NCBI RefSeq assembly: GCF_009914755.1
Contig: NC_060931.1
Reading direction: 5' to 3' (one strand)
DNA from: the human T2T-CHM13v2.0 reference genome, Homo sapiens
Length of the DNA: 64,000 nucleotides
Part shown: positions 1-13,437 of the stretch, in pieces
Layout: every line of letters begins with the position of its first letter
Numbering within the stretch: position 1 is the stretch's first letter
Notes under the pieces: model-generated
The model's database searches: none
What the model was told of the DNA's origin: nothing
What the model saw: the letters and a program-made list of their open reading frames with translations, nothing else
Program-made: the position numbers and the translations under genes

Positions 1-1381
1 TAATCACTTCATTAAGTAGGAGATTCTCTCTTGGTTTAGGTCATTAATGAATATTACTAAGTAAAGCCTGGTTTATATTTCTAAAACTTTTGCATTTCAA
101 ACTCCTGGTAGCGCTTACGATGAAGATGTAAAAGAGGTGCCACATATGGACTGGAGGTTCCATCCCAGCTGCCGCTTCCTGCCATCCACCCTGGCTCTTC
201 TCTGGAACAGCCATCTCCGGACCTGTCCTGGAAGTTCGCACACTTCTGCATTTGCCTTTGTCATCGTAAGGCTAATGCTGGGAAACGTGCTCACGTCTTG
301 ATTGTATTTATGCTGTGTCTAATTTTAGTTCTATTGTACCAAAATGACTGACATGGGTTTAATTGCTTGATCCAATAGATGCTGGTGCATCAGACCAACA
401 GAAGCTTGCTCTTACCGTTATTAACCTGATATATTCTGACTAATTCACAGAATGAGGGAGAGTATGTTTTCTTCTTACAGCACATCCTGCTCAGTGACTG
501 TGTCATCACCAAACATTTAAAAAGAGTCCGTTATGTTAAAAATATTATGCTAACCACCGAGAACACAAAGAGGTGTGGACACAGTCACTGACCTTCAGGG
601 TACTGACAGGTTGTGCAACAGGTCACTTTACAAACAAGACCAGAGGACAGCATATGAAAAACAGTGAGCAAGGCCACAGGTACTAGGCGCTTGGAGTCTG
701 GGGCCCCAGACTTGCTTCCATATTTAAATGTCGGCACTCACTTTGCTGCCAGTGACTCTCATCTTATTTCTCACATGCGGACTCGACACAGCATGAGGGG
801 CAGGCAGGTGGGGAGGTGGCAGCAAAACAAGAATGCATGGTTCTGACCTCAAGAAGCCTGAGAGTTACTGTGGAGAAAAGAAAAAATAATCTGAAAACAG
901 TTACAAAGTTGATGTCAGCAAGAACCAGACACCATGCTGTGAGTTATATGTTTGTGCAAAGATCACCAGAGAGGAAGTTAGCATGTGACCGATTGGGTGG
1001 GGTTGACCTGAGGTTTCTGGAGCTGTGAGGTGGACCCCCAATCTAGTGACATGAACTGGGACTGGGAGAAGGACAAGGCTTTCTGGCCTAGGAGGTAATA
1101 CTTGCCAACCCCAACGCTTAGATAAGACTCAAAATGATGCTCTTTCTTCAATGATGCCTGAACAGATGGCTGTAATATACTCCTAATTGGTTTTCTCATA
1201 CTTGGTCCCTTTCCCAAAAGCTCCAGTCCACTGAATCATTCTCATGTCAACTTTCCTAAACCTTACATATCTCCAATCAGGTCAGTCGTCTCCTGATCAA
1301 AAGAGAACCAAGTATGCATCGTCACTTTGCAATGGGGCCCCCTAAGGTAACTGCGCTCATTTTTGTTCTGTGCCTCTATGG

Positions 1382-1569
1382 CAGAGTTCAGCAAACACTT
1401 TCCATAAAGAAACAAATACTAAGTCTTTTCGGCTTACCAGGCTATCTATACACCGCAACTCCTCTCTGCTGCATCTACTCATCTCTGCTGACGTGGCACA
1501 AGAGTTGCCAGAGACCACAGGTACATGAATGGATGTGGTTGGCCTGTGGACCCTAGTTTGCTAACCCTG
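1382..1569 (+). mobile_element. MER58A-like hAT-Charlie DNA transposon
   Basis: Terminal inverted repeats cagagttcagcaaac...gtttgctaaccctg; the interior resembles the MER58A consensus. Confidence 0.7.
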
Positions 1570-1754
1570 GCAAGGGAATCCCTGGGCTCACCCATGCTGA
1601 ACTTCTGGTTGCCCTCCTGCGGGTGTCTGAGCCTACACAATAGTCTCCTTACCAGAAGTATCCTCACATCCATCACTGACAGTCAAGAGCCCTACACTTT
1701 CCTCTGCCCGCCTCACAGATTTCCATCACATCTTTGTGCTCACCCAATGTGATC

Positions 1755-2075
1755 CATTTAACAGATATTTGTTGGTTACCCACCATGTGCCAAGCACCTC
1801 CCAGATACTGGGTATACAAAGTGAATGACAGCCCTTTTTCTGTGAGCACTAAGATCTAGTAGGGAAGAACAAACAGATCTGTTTATTTGGTTCAACAGAC
1901 CAAAGCTAGATATGAGTCCCCCTTCTTCCAACATGCCATAGCACTTCTTTTCTGCAATGAAACACTCAGTAGGCATCTCTGGAGAGCAGGTGAAGTGCTC
2001 AGAAGGTACCCCACACAGTTCCTTGTACACAGTAGGTACTCGAAAAACATGTACTAAACTGAATTAAACTGAAAT
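1755..2075. mobile_element. L2 3'-end fragments (opposite orientations)
   Basis: catttaacagatatttgttggttacccaccatgtgccaagcac (-) and cacagtaggtactcgaaaaacatg (+) resemble L2 tails. Confidence 0.5.
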
Positions 2076-2119
2076 TAATAGTGCCATACATCTAATTGAC
2101 AAATGAACACAAGTATTAG

Positions 2120-2441
<322 letters not shown>

Positions 2442-2466
2442 AAACCATAGTATTTCTAATGTGGGA

Positions 2467-2575
2467 TGTGTGTGTATGTGTGTGTGTGTGTATGTAGAGA
2501 GAGAGGGGCTGATATTATATATATTATATATATATATGGAGACACACACACACACACACACACATATATACACAT
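2467..2575. repeat. Compound microsatellite (TG)n-(GA)n-(TA)n-(CA)n
   Basis: Directly visible. Confidence 0.9.
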
Positions 2576-2646
2576 TTTTTAAACAACAATAATGATCCTG
2601 TGACCATCCTTCTAGCTGGGTAAAGTGACTTCATTTAGTGAGAAAA

Positions 2647-4683
2647 TGTCTTAGTTCGTTTGTGCTACTATAAAACAACACCCAACATTGGGTAATTTAT
2701 AAAGTTTATTTCTCACAGTTCTGGTGGCTGGGAAGTTCAAGATCAAGGTGCCGGCATTTGGTGTCTGGGGAGGGCCTTCTTGCTGAGCCCTCACACAGCG
2801 GAAGGCAGAAGGTCAAGAGAGCAAGCTAAGCTAACAGCTACATGAAGCCACTTTTCTATTATTTTTTTTAAATTATACTTTAAGTTCTGGGATACATGTG
2901 CAGAACGTGCAGGTTTGGTACATAGGTATACATGTGCTATGATGGTTTGCTGCACCCATCAACCAGTTATCTACATTAGGTATTTCCCCTAATGCTATCC
3001 CTCCCCTAGCCCGCCACAGTAATGGAATTGCTGGGTCAAATGGTATTCCTGGTTCTAGATCCTTGAGGAATCACCACACTGTCTTCCACAATGGTTGAAC
3101 TAATTTACACTCCCAACAACAGTGTGAAAGTGTTCCTATTTCTCCACATCCTCTCCAGCATCTGTTGTTTCCTGACTTTTTAATGATCGCCATTCTAACT
3201 GGTGTGAGATGGTATCTCATTGTGGTTTTGATTTGCATTTCTCTGATGACCAGTGATGATGAGCTTTTTTTCATATGTTTGTTGGCTGCATAGATGTCTT
3301 CTTTCGAGAAGTGTCTGTTCATATCCTTCGGCCACTTTTTGATGGGGTTGTTTGTTTTTTTCTTGTAAATTTGTTTAAGTTCTTTGTAGATTCTGGATAT
3401 TAGCCCTTTGTCAGATGGATAGATTGCAAAATTTTTCTCCCATTCTGTAGGTTGCCTGCTCACTGTGATGATAGTTTCTTTTGCTGTGCAGAAGCTCTTT
3501 AGTTTAATTAGATCCCATTTGTCAATTTTGGCTTTTGTTGCCATTGCTTTTGGTGTTTTAGTCATGAAGTCTTTGCCATGCCTATGTCCTGAATGGTATT
3601 GCCTAGGTTTTCTTCTAGGGTTTTTATATTTTTGTATAAGGTATAAGGAAGGGGTCCAGTTTCAGTTTTCTGCATATGGCTAGCCAGTTTTCCCAACATC
3701 ATTTATTAAATAGGGAATCCTTCCCCACTGCTAGTTTTTGACAGGTCTGTCGGAGATCAGATGGTTGCAGATGTGTGGCATTATTTCTGAGGCCTCTGTT
3801 TTGTTCCATTGGTCTATATAACTGTTTTGGTACCAGTACCATGCTGTTTTGGTTACTGTAGCCTTGTAGTATAGTTTGAAGTCAGGTAGCATGATGCCGC
3901 TAGCTTTGTTCTTTTTGCTTAGGATTGTCTTGGCTATACAGGCTCTTTTTTGGTTCCATATGAAATTTAATTCTGTGAAGAAAGTCAGTGGTAGCTTGAT
4001 GGGGATAGCACTGAATCTATAAATTACTTTGGGCAGTATGGCCATTTTTACAATATTTATTCTTCCTATCCATGAGCATGGAATGTTCTTCCATTTGTTT
4101 GTATCCTCTTCTATTTCATTGAGCAGTGGTTTGTAGTTCTCCTTGAAGAGGTCCTTCACATCCCTTGTAAGTTGGATTCCTAGGTATTTTATTCTCTTTA
4201 TAGCAATTGTGACTGGGAGTTCACTCATGATTTGGCTCTCTGTTTGTCTATTATTGGTGTATAAGAATGCTTGTGATTTCTGCACATTGATTTTGTATCC
4301 TGAGACTTTGCTGAAGTTGCTTATCAGCTTAAGGAGATTTTGGGCTGAGACGATGGGGTTTTTTAAACACACAATCATGTCATCTGCAAAGAGAGACGAT
4401 TTGATTTCCTCTCTTCCTACTTGAATACGTTTTATTTCTTTCTCTTGCCGGATTGCCCTGGCCAGAACTTCCAATACTATGTTGAATAGGCGTGGTGAGA
4501 GAGGGCATCCTTGTCTTGTGCCAGTTTTCAAAGGGAATGATGAAGCCTCTTTTCTAAAGGGCCTTAAACCCATTCACCAGGGAGAAGCCTTCACGGCCTA
4601 ATCACCTCTTAAAGGCCCTATCTTTTAATACTCTCACATTGGCAACACCTGAATTTTGAAGGGGCCCCATTAAAACCATAGCA
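2647..4683 (-). mobile_element. MaLR solo LTR (MST/MLT1-type) split by an L1 insertion (pieces 2647-2858 and 4540-4683)
   Basis: Starts tgtcttagttcg...tttatttctcacagttctgg...caagatcaagg and ends aaaccatagca. Confidence 0.8.
2859..4539 (-). mobile_element. 5'-truncated L1PA (about PA7-like): ORF2 C-terminal part plus 3' UTR, with internal deletions
   Basis: ORFs 3731-4573 and 3071-3565 match L1 ORF2p RT and C-terminal regions ([30 protein letters not shown]). 17-bp TSD atgaagcc(a/t)cttttcta at 2842-2858 and 4540-4556. Confidence 0.95.
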
Positions 4684-7534
4684 ACAAACAATTATAAAGA
4701 TTATGCTAAGAAGATGTGGGTACTTCGGGTAGACAGAGAAGTGTAAATGGGGTTAGGAATTGCATTAGGAACACTATATGCTCAGAAATACCAATCTTTA
4801 AATTAAACAACCTATCGAACTGCCTTTACATGGTGCACTGCTGGTTATAAATGTGCAATACCTGATGGGGGGAAAATTCCAGGAGAGCTTATAAAAGCAT
4901 GCTAGAAGCATTAAAATTTTCCAGCCATTTCATTATTTGTCATTCAGCAAATGTTAATATTTCTCTTTGTATTCCTACTGAAGCTTGAAATTAACATGGC
5001 TTTTTGTTTATTTCTTCATTTCTGCCTCCTTGTCAGCTCATCTCAGGAATGCAGTTGGTTAGCTAGCTGCTGCAGAGCCAAATAAAAAAGCCTAAAGAAA
5101 CTCAAACATTGACTGGCAAAAGGCTCTGCATGAAAAGGCATTTGTTTTTTAACCTCTCAGAAGTAGAACATTTAGCTTAAAATAAATATTTAACATCTAG
5201 GATGCTTTTATCAAGAATCATTTTGACATGGACATTAGTCTTTATCCCAAAAGCCAGATACCCTGGGGAGCAAAGTTCGCTGCAAATGTATGCAAAGGAA
5301 TAGCGTGTGCAGGATACAAGGAGGCCGGAAGGCCGGAAAGCAGGGGGAGTACAGGATTTCCTAAGGTAAACCGATCTCTTAAGAATGCCTGTTCCCCTCC
5401 CGCAAATAATCATTAAACAGAATTCAGCATAAGTTCAGCATTTTCAAGTCACTCAGGGACACAGGTACCCGGGAATGTTCCCTCTGCCCCTGGACTGTTT
5501 GTGTTGGATTCCAGCCTGGCTCCTCCTGTCCCCCGACTGCAGGACTGTTTCCCACATGGAATCACGATTCAGTCACGATTAACACCCTCCCCACAGCGTG
5601 GCTGGTGCCCAAGCAGCCCCAGTAGGGCTTGGGCCTTGTGGAGGAGAGCCCTCCCCTGGGTGAACAACCCAGACAAGCCAAGTCAACTCTGGTTTTGGGA
5701 TCGAACATTAAATTCACGTCACTGGCTTTAATTCTTTCCTTACCAGGTGCCTTGGGTTTTGAGGGGATGCTGTTTTATGAGGGCTTTTGTGAGGGCCAGG
5801 GATGTTTTCAAAACTACAGGGCTTGGCAGACATGGGTACTGAATGTCCCCAGGAACAAAGTAACCAGGGATTGTGTCCAAAACTGGCTTGAAGAAATGCC
5901 TCAAATGTAGCAAATCATTTTTTAAAATTCATGTTAAGATCGGCCAACAGCCTTCAGAAGACAGAACCTTTTTCATGTCTGTGGCATGTGTGTGTTCACG
6001 TGTGCTTCCTGAATTTCCCAACCAGGACATGAAGAGCACAGCCCACTGGGATTTTTTTGCTGGTGGCTTCCCATTTGGGAACAGGCTCTGAGAGACAATC
6101 TGAGCGGGCTTCCTGTGTTGTCTGAGGCCAGCTTCCACAGGGCTGCCATCAGTCAGCCCATTACTCAGCCATGGGCCCAGTGAGGCAGCCACAGGGCCAC
6201 TGTGCTACAAGCACCCTCCCCGCCCCTGGTTTTCGTGCCATGGGTTTCCTGTGGAGAACATCGTCACGCTATATTCATCTTTCCTCTTAGCTGGCGCTGA
6301 GTCACTCCATGATAAAGCCACTCTTCAAGCTCTATTTTGGGTACACTTTACACTCTGAGGGAGCCGGTAACACATCTCTCCTGATATAAATGTACAGGAG
6401 AGCCCGTCAACCACAGCTCTCTGATGGAGCCTACAAGTTGCAATTGGGTCAATGTTTTCACTGCCACAGCACTTAATCACTTGAAAACTTTATCTAAACT
6501 TGTGAAGTTTTCCCTGCTTTTAGCTTTTCATTCTTTTTGGCCTGTTTTGATAACAGAAGCATGCTGCCGTCCATCCCAGGTCAGAGCTGGTGGCAGGAGA
6601 GAGGTGGGTGGGAGAGGAGGGAGGACACAGCCCACTTCTCAGGTCCTTCTAAATGGTCTTTATTAGCGGATTTCAAAATTTTGCAGTGAAATTATCAGAA
6701 CACCTGGCACCTCCACATTTAAATGGAAGCACAAACCCAATTCCAAAGCCAAAGGCTTCTTCCGGAACCCCTGCTGTTTTCTATAATCAGCGCCAGTGCT
6801 GCACTCCCCTCGCCTCCTCCCGCTCAGTGTGGGTGTCAAGAGGTGACCACAAAAGAGGCTGCTCAACATCACCTGAGAACAAAGCCTCCTTTCCTGCAAT
6901 TCCAAATTGACTTTTGCTGTACAAGAAAATTAAGGATGCTGTGGCTACCACCAGAGAGCACATTTAAAACTCCTCACATGAAAGGCCCTTGCACTCCTGG
7001 GAAAAATATTCTCACTTTAAGGAGAGTCACAGCGTGCGGAGCCTGGACTTTCCATGCACCAAGCCCTGGGTCCATGCAGCCACCACTGCTCCAGGGAGCA
7101 GAAGGTCTGATGTTCTCTGAGCTGGAATCTTCCTACATTTCTTTGTCCACTGACTGGGGGCCCTGGTTCTAGGACAGCATCTCCCCTGGTGCTGGAGGTG
7201 CTCAAACCACCATGGCCTGGCCTGAGTGGGCTCTATCTTTTCCAGGGCAGGCATCACAGTGGAGCCCTCGGATCTGGCTGACACTCCTGTTACTCGTGCA
7301 CGGCTTATGTCATGCTGGTACAGACCCTGGGCCATGTAGAGGACTCATGGTGAGATGCCAATGTGGCTACTGCCCCAGCTTCTGCCCTCACTTGGCACAT
7401 ACCATAGACCACGTTGCTTCCACTCCTCAGAAGGAAAACCCCCTCTATTGCCAAGCTGTTCAATATTCACGACAGGCAAGGTCCTTATGATTCAGTCCTG
7501 TTACCTCTCCAGCCTCATCATCCACCACATGCCC

Positions 7535-7640
7535 TCACTCACTCACTCATCAAACATCCACTGAGAGCCCATAGTGAGTCAAGACCTGGGCTTGGCACCA
7601 GGAACACTGGGTAAAACCCATCTCTAGCCTCAAGAAACTC
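7535..7640 (-). mobile_element. L2 3' fragment
   Basis: cactcactcatcaaacatccactgagagccc resembles an L2 tail. Confidence 0.45.
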
Positions 7641-8530
7641 ATCCATGAGCAGGGGTAGCCAGACCTGTAACTATACATGTGCAATGAGGGGTTGGAATGA
7701 AGGGCTCTGTTGAGGCACCTAGGACAGAGATGTCAGTTCCACCTTCTTCAGGTGCAGTGTGGACACCACCTCTTACGGGAAGCTTTCCCTCATCCCTCCC
7801 GCTGCGTGCCTGTGCCCTCCTCTGGGTCCCTGTGGTGGGTGGGGCCGTAATGACTGTGCTTGACTGCTCCTCAAGAGCAGGAACACTGTTTTACTCATCT
7901 CCTCCCCACAGCACCCTGCACCATGTCCTGCCACACAGTAAGTGCTCCATGCATGTTTATTGTTTCAAATGCGCCTAATGGTAAATCTCAGACTCTGAGT
8001 CAATGGCAATCTCCCAAAAGCACTGTGTTAAGGACCCGCGTTCCCCTTTCTTCTAACAGAGGGGACAGAAGGCGCTGGAAGACTCCAGTCAGGACATGTG
8101 ACTGCTGGAGCAAGCCTAGCTGCTCATGAGCTGTGTGCATTCCAGAGATGCTTCTGGCCCCTCTTGCCCCTTGTCCCCTCCTCTGTAGGACAGTGGAGGG
8201 CCCCCTGGCATCACAGGGCCACAGACAGGAAGTGGGGTGGAGCAAGAGAGGCTGGTCCTTTCTGGGAAATGACAGAGCAGCAAGAACCAGACTTTCTGGT
8301 GGGAGAGAAAGGAGAATGTGTGTTCTCTCTTAAATATAAGGCATTTTTACCACCAACACGCCACTCAGTAAGGTCACTCCTGGGTTGATGAACAAAACCT
8401 TGCTGTTTGTACAATATTTAGCATTACCTGGAAGGGCCTGGCTCTCACCTCGGAGCCTGGACGTGACCTGCTTCATGCTTAACTATATAACACGCGTGCC
8501 ACACACGAGGATAAAAATGCGAACAGAGAC

Positions 8531-8953
8531 TGCATTAGCTGCCTGTTAATGTGTAACAAGGTACCGCAAAACTTAGTGCCTTAAAATAACCATTACTTCA
8601 TGGTTGCTCTAGGCCAGTGCTTCAGCAGCGGCCTAGCCGGGTCTGGTGCAGGGTCCCTCATGAGGCTGCGATCAAGATGTTTCCAAGCTCCCCAAGGCAG
8701 CTGCGGTCTGTGAGCCTCAGCTCCTCCCTACGGGGGCCTCCACAGGACTGCTCACAACACGGGAGCCAAAGCGAGAAATACCAGAGAGAGAGACACACGC
8801 ATACCAAGACAGAAGCTGCAGAACCTCTCAGAATCTAATCTTGGAAGTGAAACACCGTCATTTCTGCCAGATTCTCTGGGTCACACAGACCAATCCTGGT
8901 GAATACCAGGAGGTGAGGGTCATTAGGGGCCTTCCTGGAGGTTGGCTGCCACT
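8531..8953 (-). mobile_element. MLT1 (F/G-like) MaLR LTR
   Basis: tgcattag...gtgtaacaaggtaccgcaaaacttagtgccttaaaataacca and gtcatttctgccagattct...gtcacacagaccaatcctgg. Confidence 0.6.
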
Positions 8954-9704
8954 GTCATACCCTGGCAATGGCATTCATACCATTGGCAGGCAATGGCATG
9001 TCATACAGCTTCATGAGGGTTGGCTATGTCCTTTCCAGAGTAAAATAGATAGATTCATTATTCTGTATTACACCAACAGTTAGGTCTTACTCACTCTCCT
9101 GTGGTTTTGAAGGGCTACAAATACTTTAGAAAATAGTTTTAAATACTGAATGGGCTTGGAATTTGGGGAGGGGCATATATATAGAGAGACATACCTCATT
9201 ATATTGCCCCTAGCTTGACTGAGCTTTGCAGATACCATGATTTTTTTTTTTTACACAAATTGAAGGTTTGTGGCAACCGTGCATCGAGCCGGTCTATCAG
9301 TACCATTTTTCCAAAAGCATGTGCTCACTTCATGTCTCTGTGCCACATTTTGGTAATTCTCACAATATTTCAAACTTTTTCATCATTGTGATATCTGTTA
9401 TGGTGACCTGTGATTAATGATCTTTGATGTTACTATTGTAATGGTACTTGTGTGCCATGAATTGCACCCATATAAGATGGCAAACTTAATCAAACATGTG
9501 GTGTGTATTCCATCTATGAGCTGTTCCCCCATCTCTCTCCTTCTTCTCGGGCCTCTCTCTTCTCTGAGATACAATAATATGGAAATTAGGCCAATTAATA
9601 ATCCTACAATGACTTCTAAGTGTTCAAGCGAAAGAAAGAGTTGCATGTCTCTCATTTTAAATCAAAAGCTAGTAATGATTGAGCTTAGTGAGGAAGGTAT
9701 GTCA

Positions 9705-10008
<304 letters not shown>

Positions 10009-10461
10009 AAAAGCTGAGACAGGCTGAATGCTAGGTCTCTTGTGCCAAACAGCCAAGTTGTGAATGCAAAGAAAACATTCTTGAAAGAAATTAAAAGTGC
10101 TACTCCAGTGAACACAGGAATGATAAGAAAGTAAAATGGCCTTACTGCTGATATGGAGAAGGTTTTTTAGTGGTCTGGATAGAAGATCCAACCAGCCACA
10201 ACACTCCCTTCAGCCAAAGCCTAATCCAGAACAAATCCCTAACTCTTCAATTCTGTGGAAGCTAAGAGAGGTGAGGAAATTGTAGAAAAAAAGTTTGCAG
10301 CTATCAGAGGTTGGTTCATAAGGTTTAAGGAAATAAGCCATCTCCATAACATAAAAATGCAAAGGGAAGCAGCAAGTGCCCATACAGAAGCTGCAGCAAG
10401 TTATCCAGAAGATCTGGCTAAGATCATTGATGAAGGTGGCTACATGAAACAACAGATTTTC

Positions 10462-10764
<303 letters not shown>

Positions 10765-11683
10765 TGAAACAGCCGTCTATTGGAAGAAGATGCCATCTAG
10801 GACTTTCGTAGCTAGAGGGGAGAAGTCAATGCCTGGCTTCAAAGATTCAAAGGACAGGCTTGCTCTCTTGTTAAGGGCTGATGCAGCTGGTGACTTTAAG
10901 TCGAAGCCAGTGCTCATTTACCATTCTGAAAATCCTAAGGTCCTTAAGAATTGTGCTAAATCTACTTTGCCTGTGCTTTATAAATGGAACTGCAAAGCCT
11001 AGATGACAGGACATCTGTTTAAAGCCTGGTTTACTGAATATTTTAAGCCCATTGTTGAGACCTACTTCTCAGAACAAAAAGATTTCTTTCAAGATATGAC
11101 TGCTCATTGACAATGTACCTAGTCACCCAGGATCTCTGATGGAGATGTACAAGATTAATGTGATTTCATGCCTGCTAACACAACATCCATTCTGTAGCCC
11201 ATAGATCAAGGGGTAATTTTGTCTTTCATGTCTTATTATTTAAGAAACACATCTTGTAAGCCTATAGCTGCCATAGACAGTGAGTCCTCTGATGGATCTG
11301 GCCAAAGTAAATTGAAAGTCTTCTGGAAAGCATTCCCCATTCTAAATGCCATTAAGAACAGTCATGATTCATGGAAAGACGTCAACATGTCAACATTAAT
11401 AGGAGTTTGGAAGAGGTTGATTCCAACCTACATGGATGACTTTGAAGGGTTCAAGACTTCAGTGGTGTAAGTCACTGTAAATGAGGTAGAAATAGGAAGA
11501 GAACCAGAAAGAGAAGTGGAGCTGAAGATGTGACTGAATTGCTGCACTCTCATGATCAAACTTAAATGGATGAGGAGTTGCTTCTTATGAACGAGCAAAA
11601 AAAGTAGTTTCTTGAGATGGAATCTATTTCTGGTGAAGATGCTGTGAATATTGTTGAAATGATAACAAAGGATTTAGAATATT

Positions 11684-12055
11684 TGATATGGTTTGGCTGT
11701 GTCCCCACCCAAATCTCATCTTGAATTGTAGTTCCCATCATCCCCAAGTGTTGTGAGAGGGACCTGGTGGGAGGTAATTGAATCATGGGGGCAGTTGCAT
11801 TCATGCTGTTCTCATGACAGTGAGTTCTCATGAGATCTGATGGTTTTATAAGGGGCTTTCCTCCCACTTTGCTCTGTACTTCTCCTTGCTGCTGCCATGT
11901 GAAGAAGGATGTGTTTGCTTCACCTTCTGCCATGATTGTAAGTTTTCTAAGGGCTCCCCAGCCCTGTGAAACTGTGAGTCAATTAAACCTCTTTCCTTTT
12001 TAAATTACCCAGTCTCGGGTATTTCTTCATAGCAGCGTGAGAACAGACTAATACA
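11684..12055 (+). mobile_element. THE1 (C/D-like) solo LTR nested in Tigger1
   Basis: TGATATGGTTTGGCTGTGTCCCC...gactaataCA with a perfect 5-bp TSD atatt. Confidence 0.93.
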
Positions 12056-12377
12056 ATATTCCATAAGCCTCGTTGATAAAGCAGTGGCAGGGTCTGAAAG
12101 GACTGACTCCAAATTTGAAAGTTCTACTGTGGCTCAAATGTTATCAAACAGCATCACATGCTACAGAGAACTCTTTCGTGAAGGGAAGAGTCAAGTGATG
12201 CAGCAAACTTCACTGCTGTCATTTTGACAAAATTGCCACAGCCACCCCAACCTTTAGCATCCACCATCCTGATCAGTCAGCAACGATTGACATCGAGGTA
12301 AGACCCTCCAACCAGCAAAAAGATTATGACTCACTGAAGGCCCAGAAGATCACTAGCATTTTTAGCAATGAAGTATT

Positions 12378-12510
12378 TTATTCATTCATTCATTCATTTA
12401 TTTATTTAAAAATGATGTCTTGCTATGTTGGCCAGACTGGTCTCAACTCATCACTACAAGCAATTCTTCTGCTTCAGCCTCCCAAGTAGCTGGGATTAAA
12501 GGTGCAAGCC
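12378..12510 (-). mobile_element. Alu monomer (FAM/FLAM-like) with ATTC/ATTT tail, nested in Tigger1
   Basis: gtcttgctatgttggccagactggtctc...cagcctcccaagtagctgggatt. Confidence 0.75.
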
Positions 12511-12550
12511 TAGCTCTAGCATTTTAAAATTAGCTCTAGTATTTTAAAAT
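12511..12550. repeat. 20-bp tandem duplication
   Basis: tagctctag(c/t)attttaaaat occurs twice. Confidence 0.9.
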
Positions 12551-13339
12551 TAAGTATGTGCAATTTTTTAGACATGATATAGCATACAAATGAGGTAAGT
12601 ACAAATGATTGCACACAAAGACTACACTACAGTTTTTTATATGCACTAAGAACCACAATAATGCATGTGATTCACTGTATTGCAATATTCACTTTATTGA
12701 GGTGGTCTGAAACCAAGCCTGCAATATCTCTGAGGTATTTATAATATGCCAGGCATTATTAGGTGGTTGGGATATAGAATACATTGGTGAAGAAAACAGA
12801 CTAACATAGTAAATACAGGATATTTAATGTTGCTTAAGAATTTTGGTTTTAATTTTAACACAGGGTATGGGTGATAAGCTGCCCCCAATTCTTGTCTCAG
12901 TCTATCCCATCCCATCTCATCCTATCCCATGTCTAAAGTCCCTCAGCAGGCACCCCTCACTAGGATTGGTATGCCAAGAACCTGGGAGAAAATACTAGTC
13001 TCCTGGATTCCTAAACTTGCACACCTCAGGCAGTACAGGGCAGAGGAACCAGCTCTTCCTGTCCCAGGCTAAACACAATTCTGGCTGAAACAGCTTAGAT
13101 TTGTGCTTAATAATATTCTGGGGCAGTTTGGGGGCTGGTGGATGTATGGGTGATTGGGAGAAGGATCCAGAGATGAGAGGAGATGAAATTTCCCAGAGAG
13201 AAGGCAAAGATCCTTGGGAAGAACCAGATTCTAGGATCTTCCTTAGCCAAGATCTGCAAAGCTGTGCTTGAGCACATCCAGGGATAAGCTCACCCTTGTT
13301 CTCAAGCAGCATGGATTCTTGTCACCCCAACTCACACAG

Positions 13340-13437
13340 GCAGCCCATTGGGCCTGCAGGGACAATCCACTGGGCCAACACACACACACACGCAGCCCAT
13401 TGGGCCTGCAGGGACAATCCACTGGGCACACACACAC
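13340..13437. repeat. Two perfect 36-bp direct repeats (period 52), each followed by a (CA)n run
   Basis: gcagcccattgggcctgcagggacaatccactgggc at 13340-13375 and 13392-13427. Confidence 0.95.

Noticed and set aside
3071-4573. Reverse-transcriptase-like ORFs as a novel RT system
   Set aside because: These are ordinary truncated and disrupted L1 ORF2 remnants.
13340-13437. CRISPR-like 36-bp repeat with an internal palindrome
   Set aside because: There are only two copies, the spacer is (CA)n, the context is eukaryotic and there are no cas genes.
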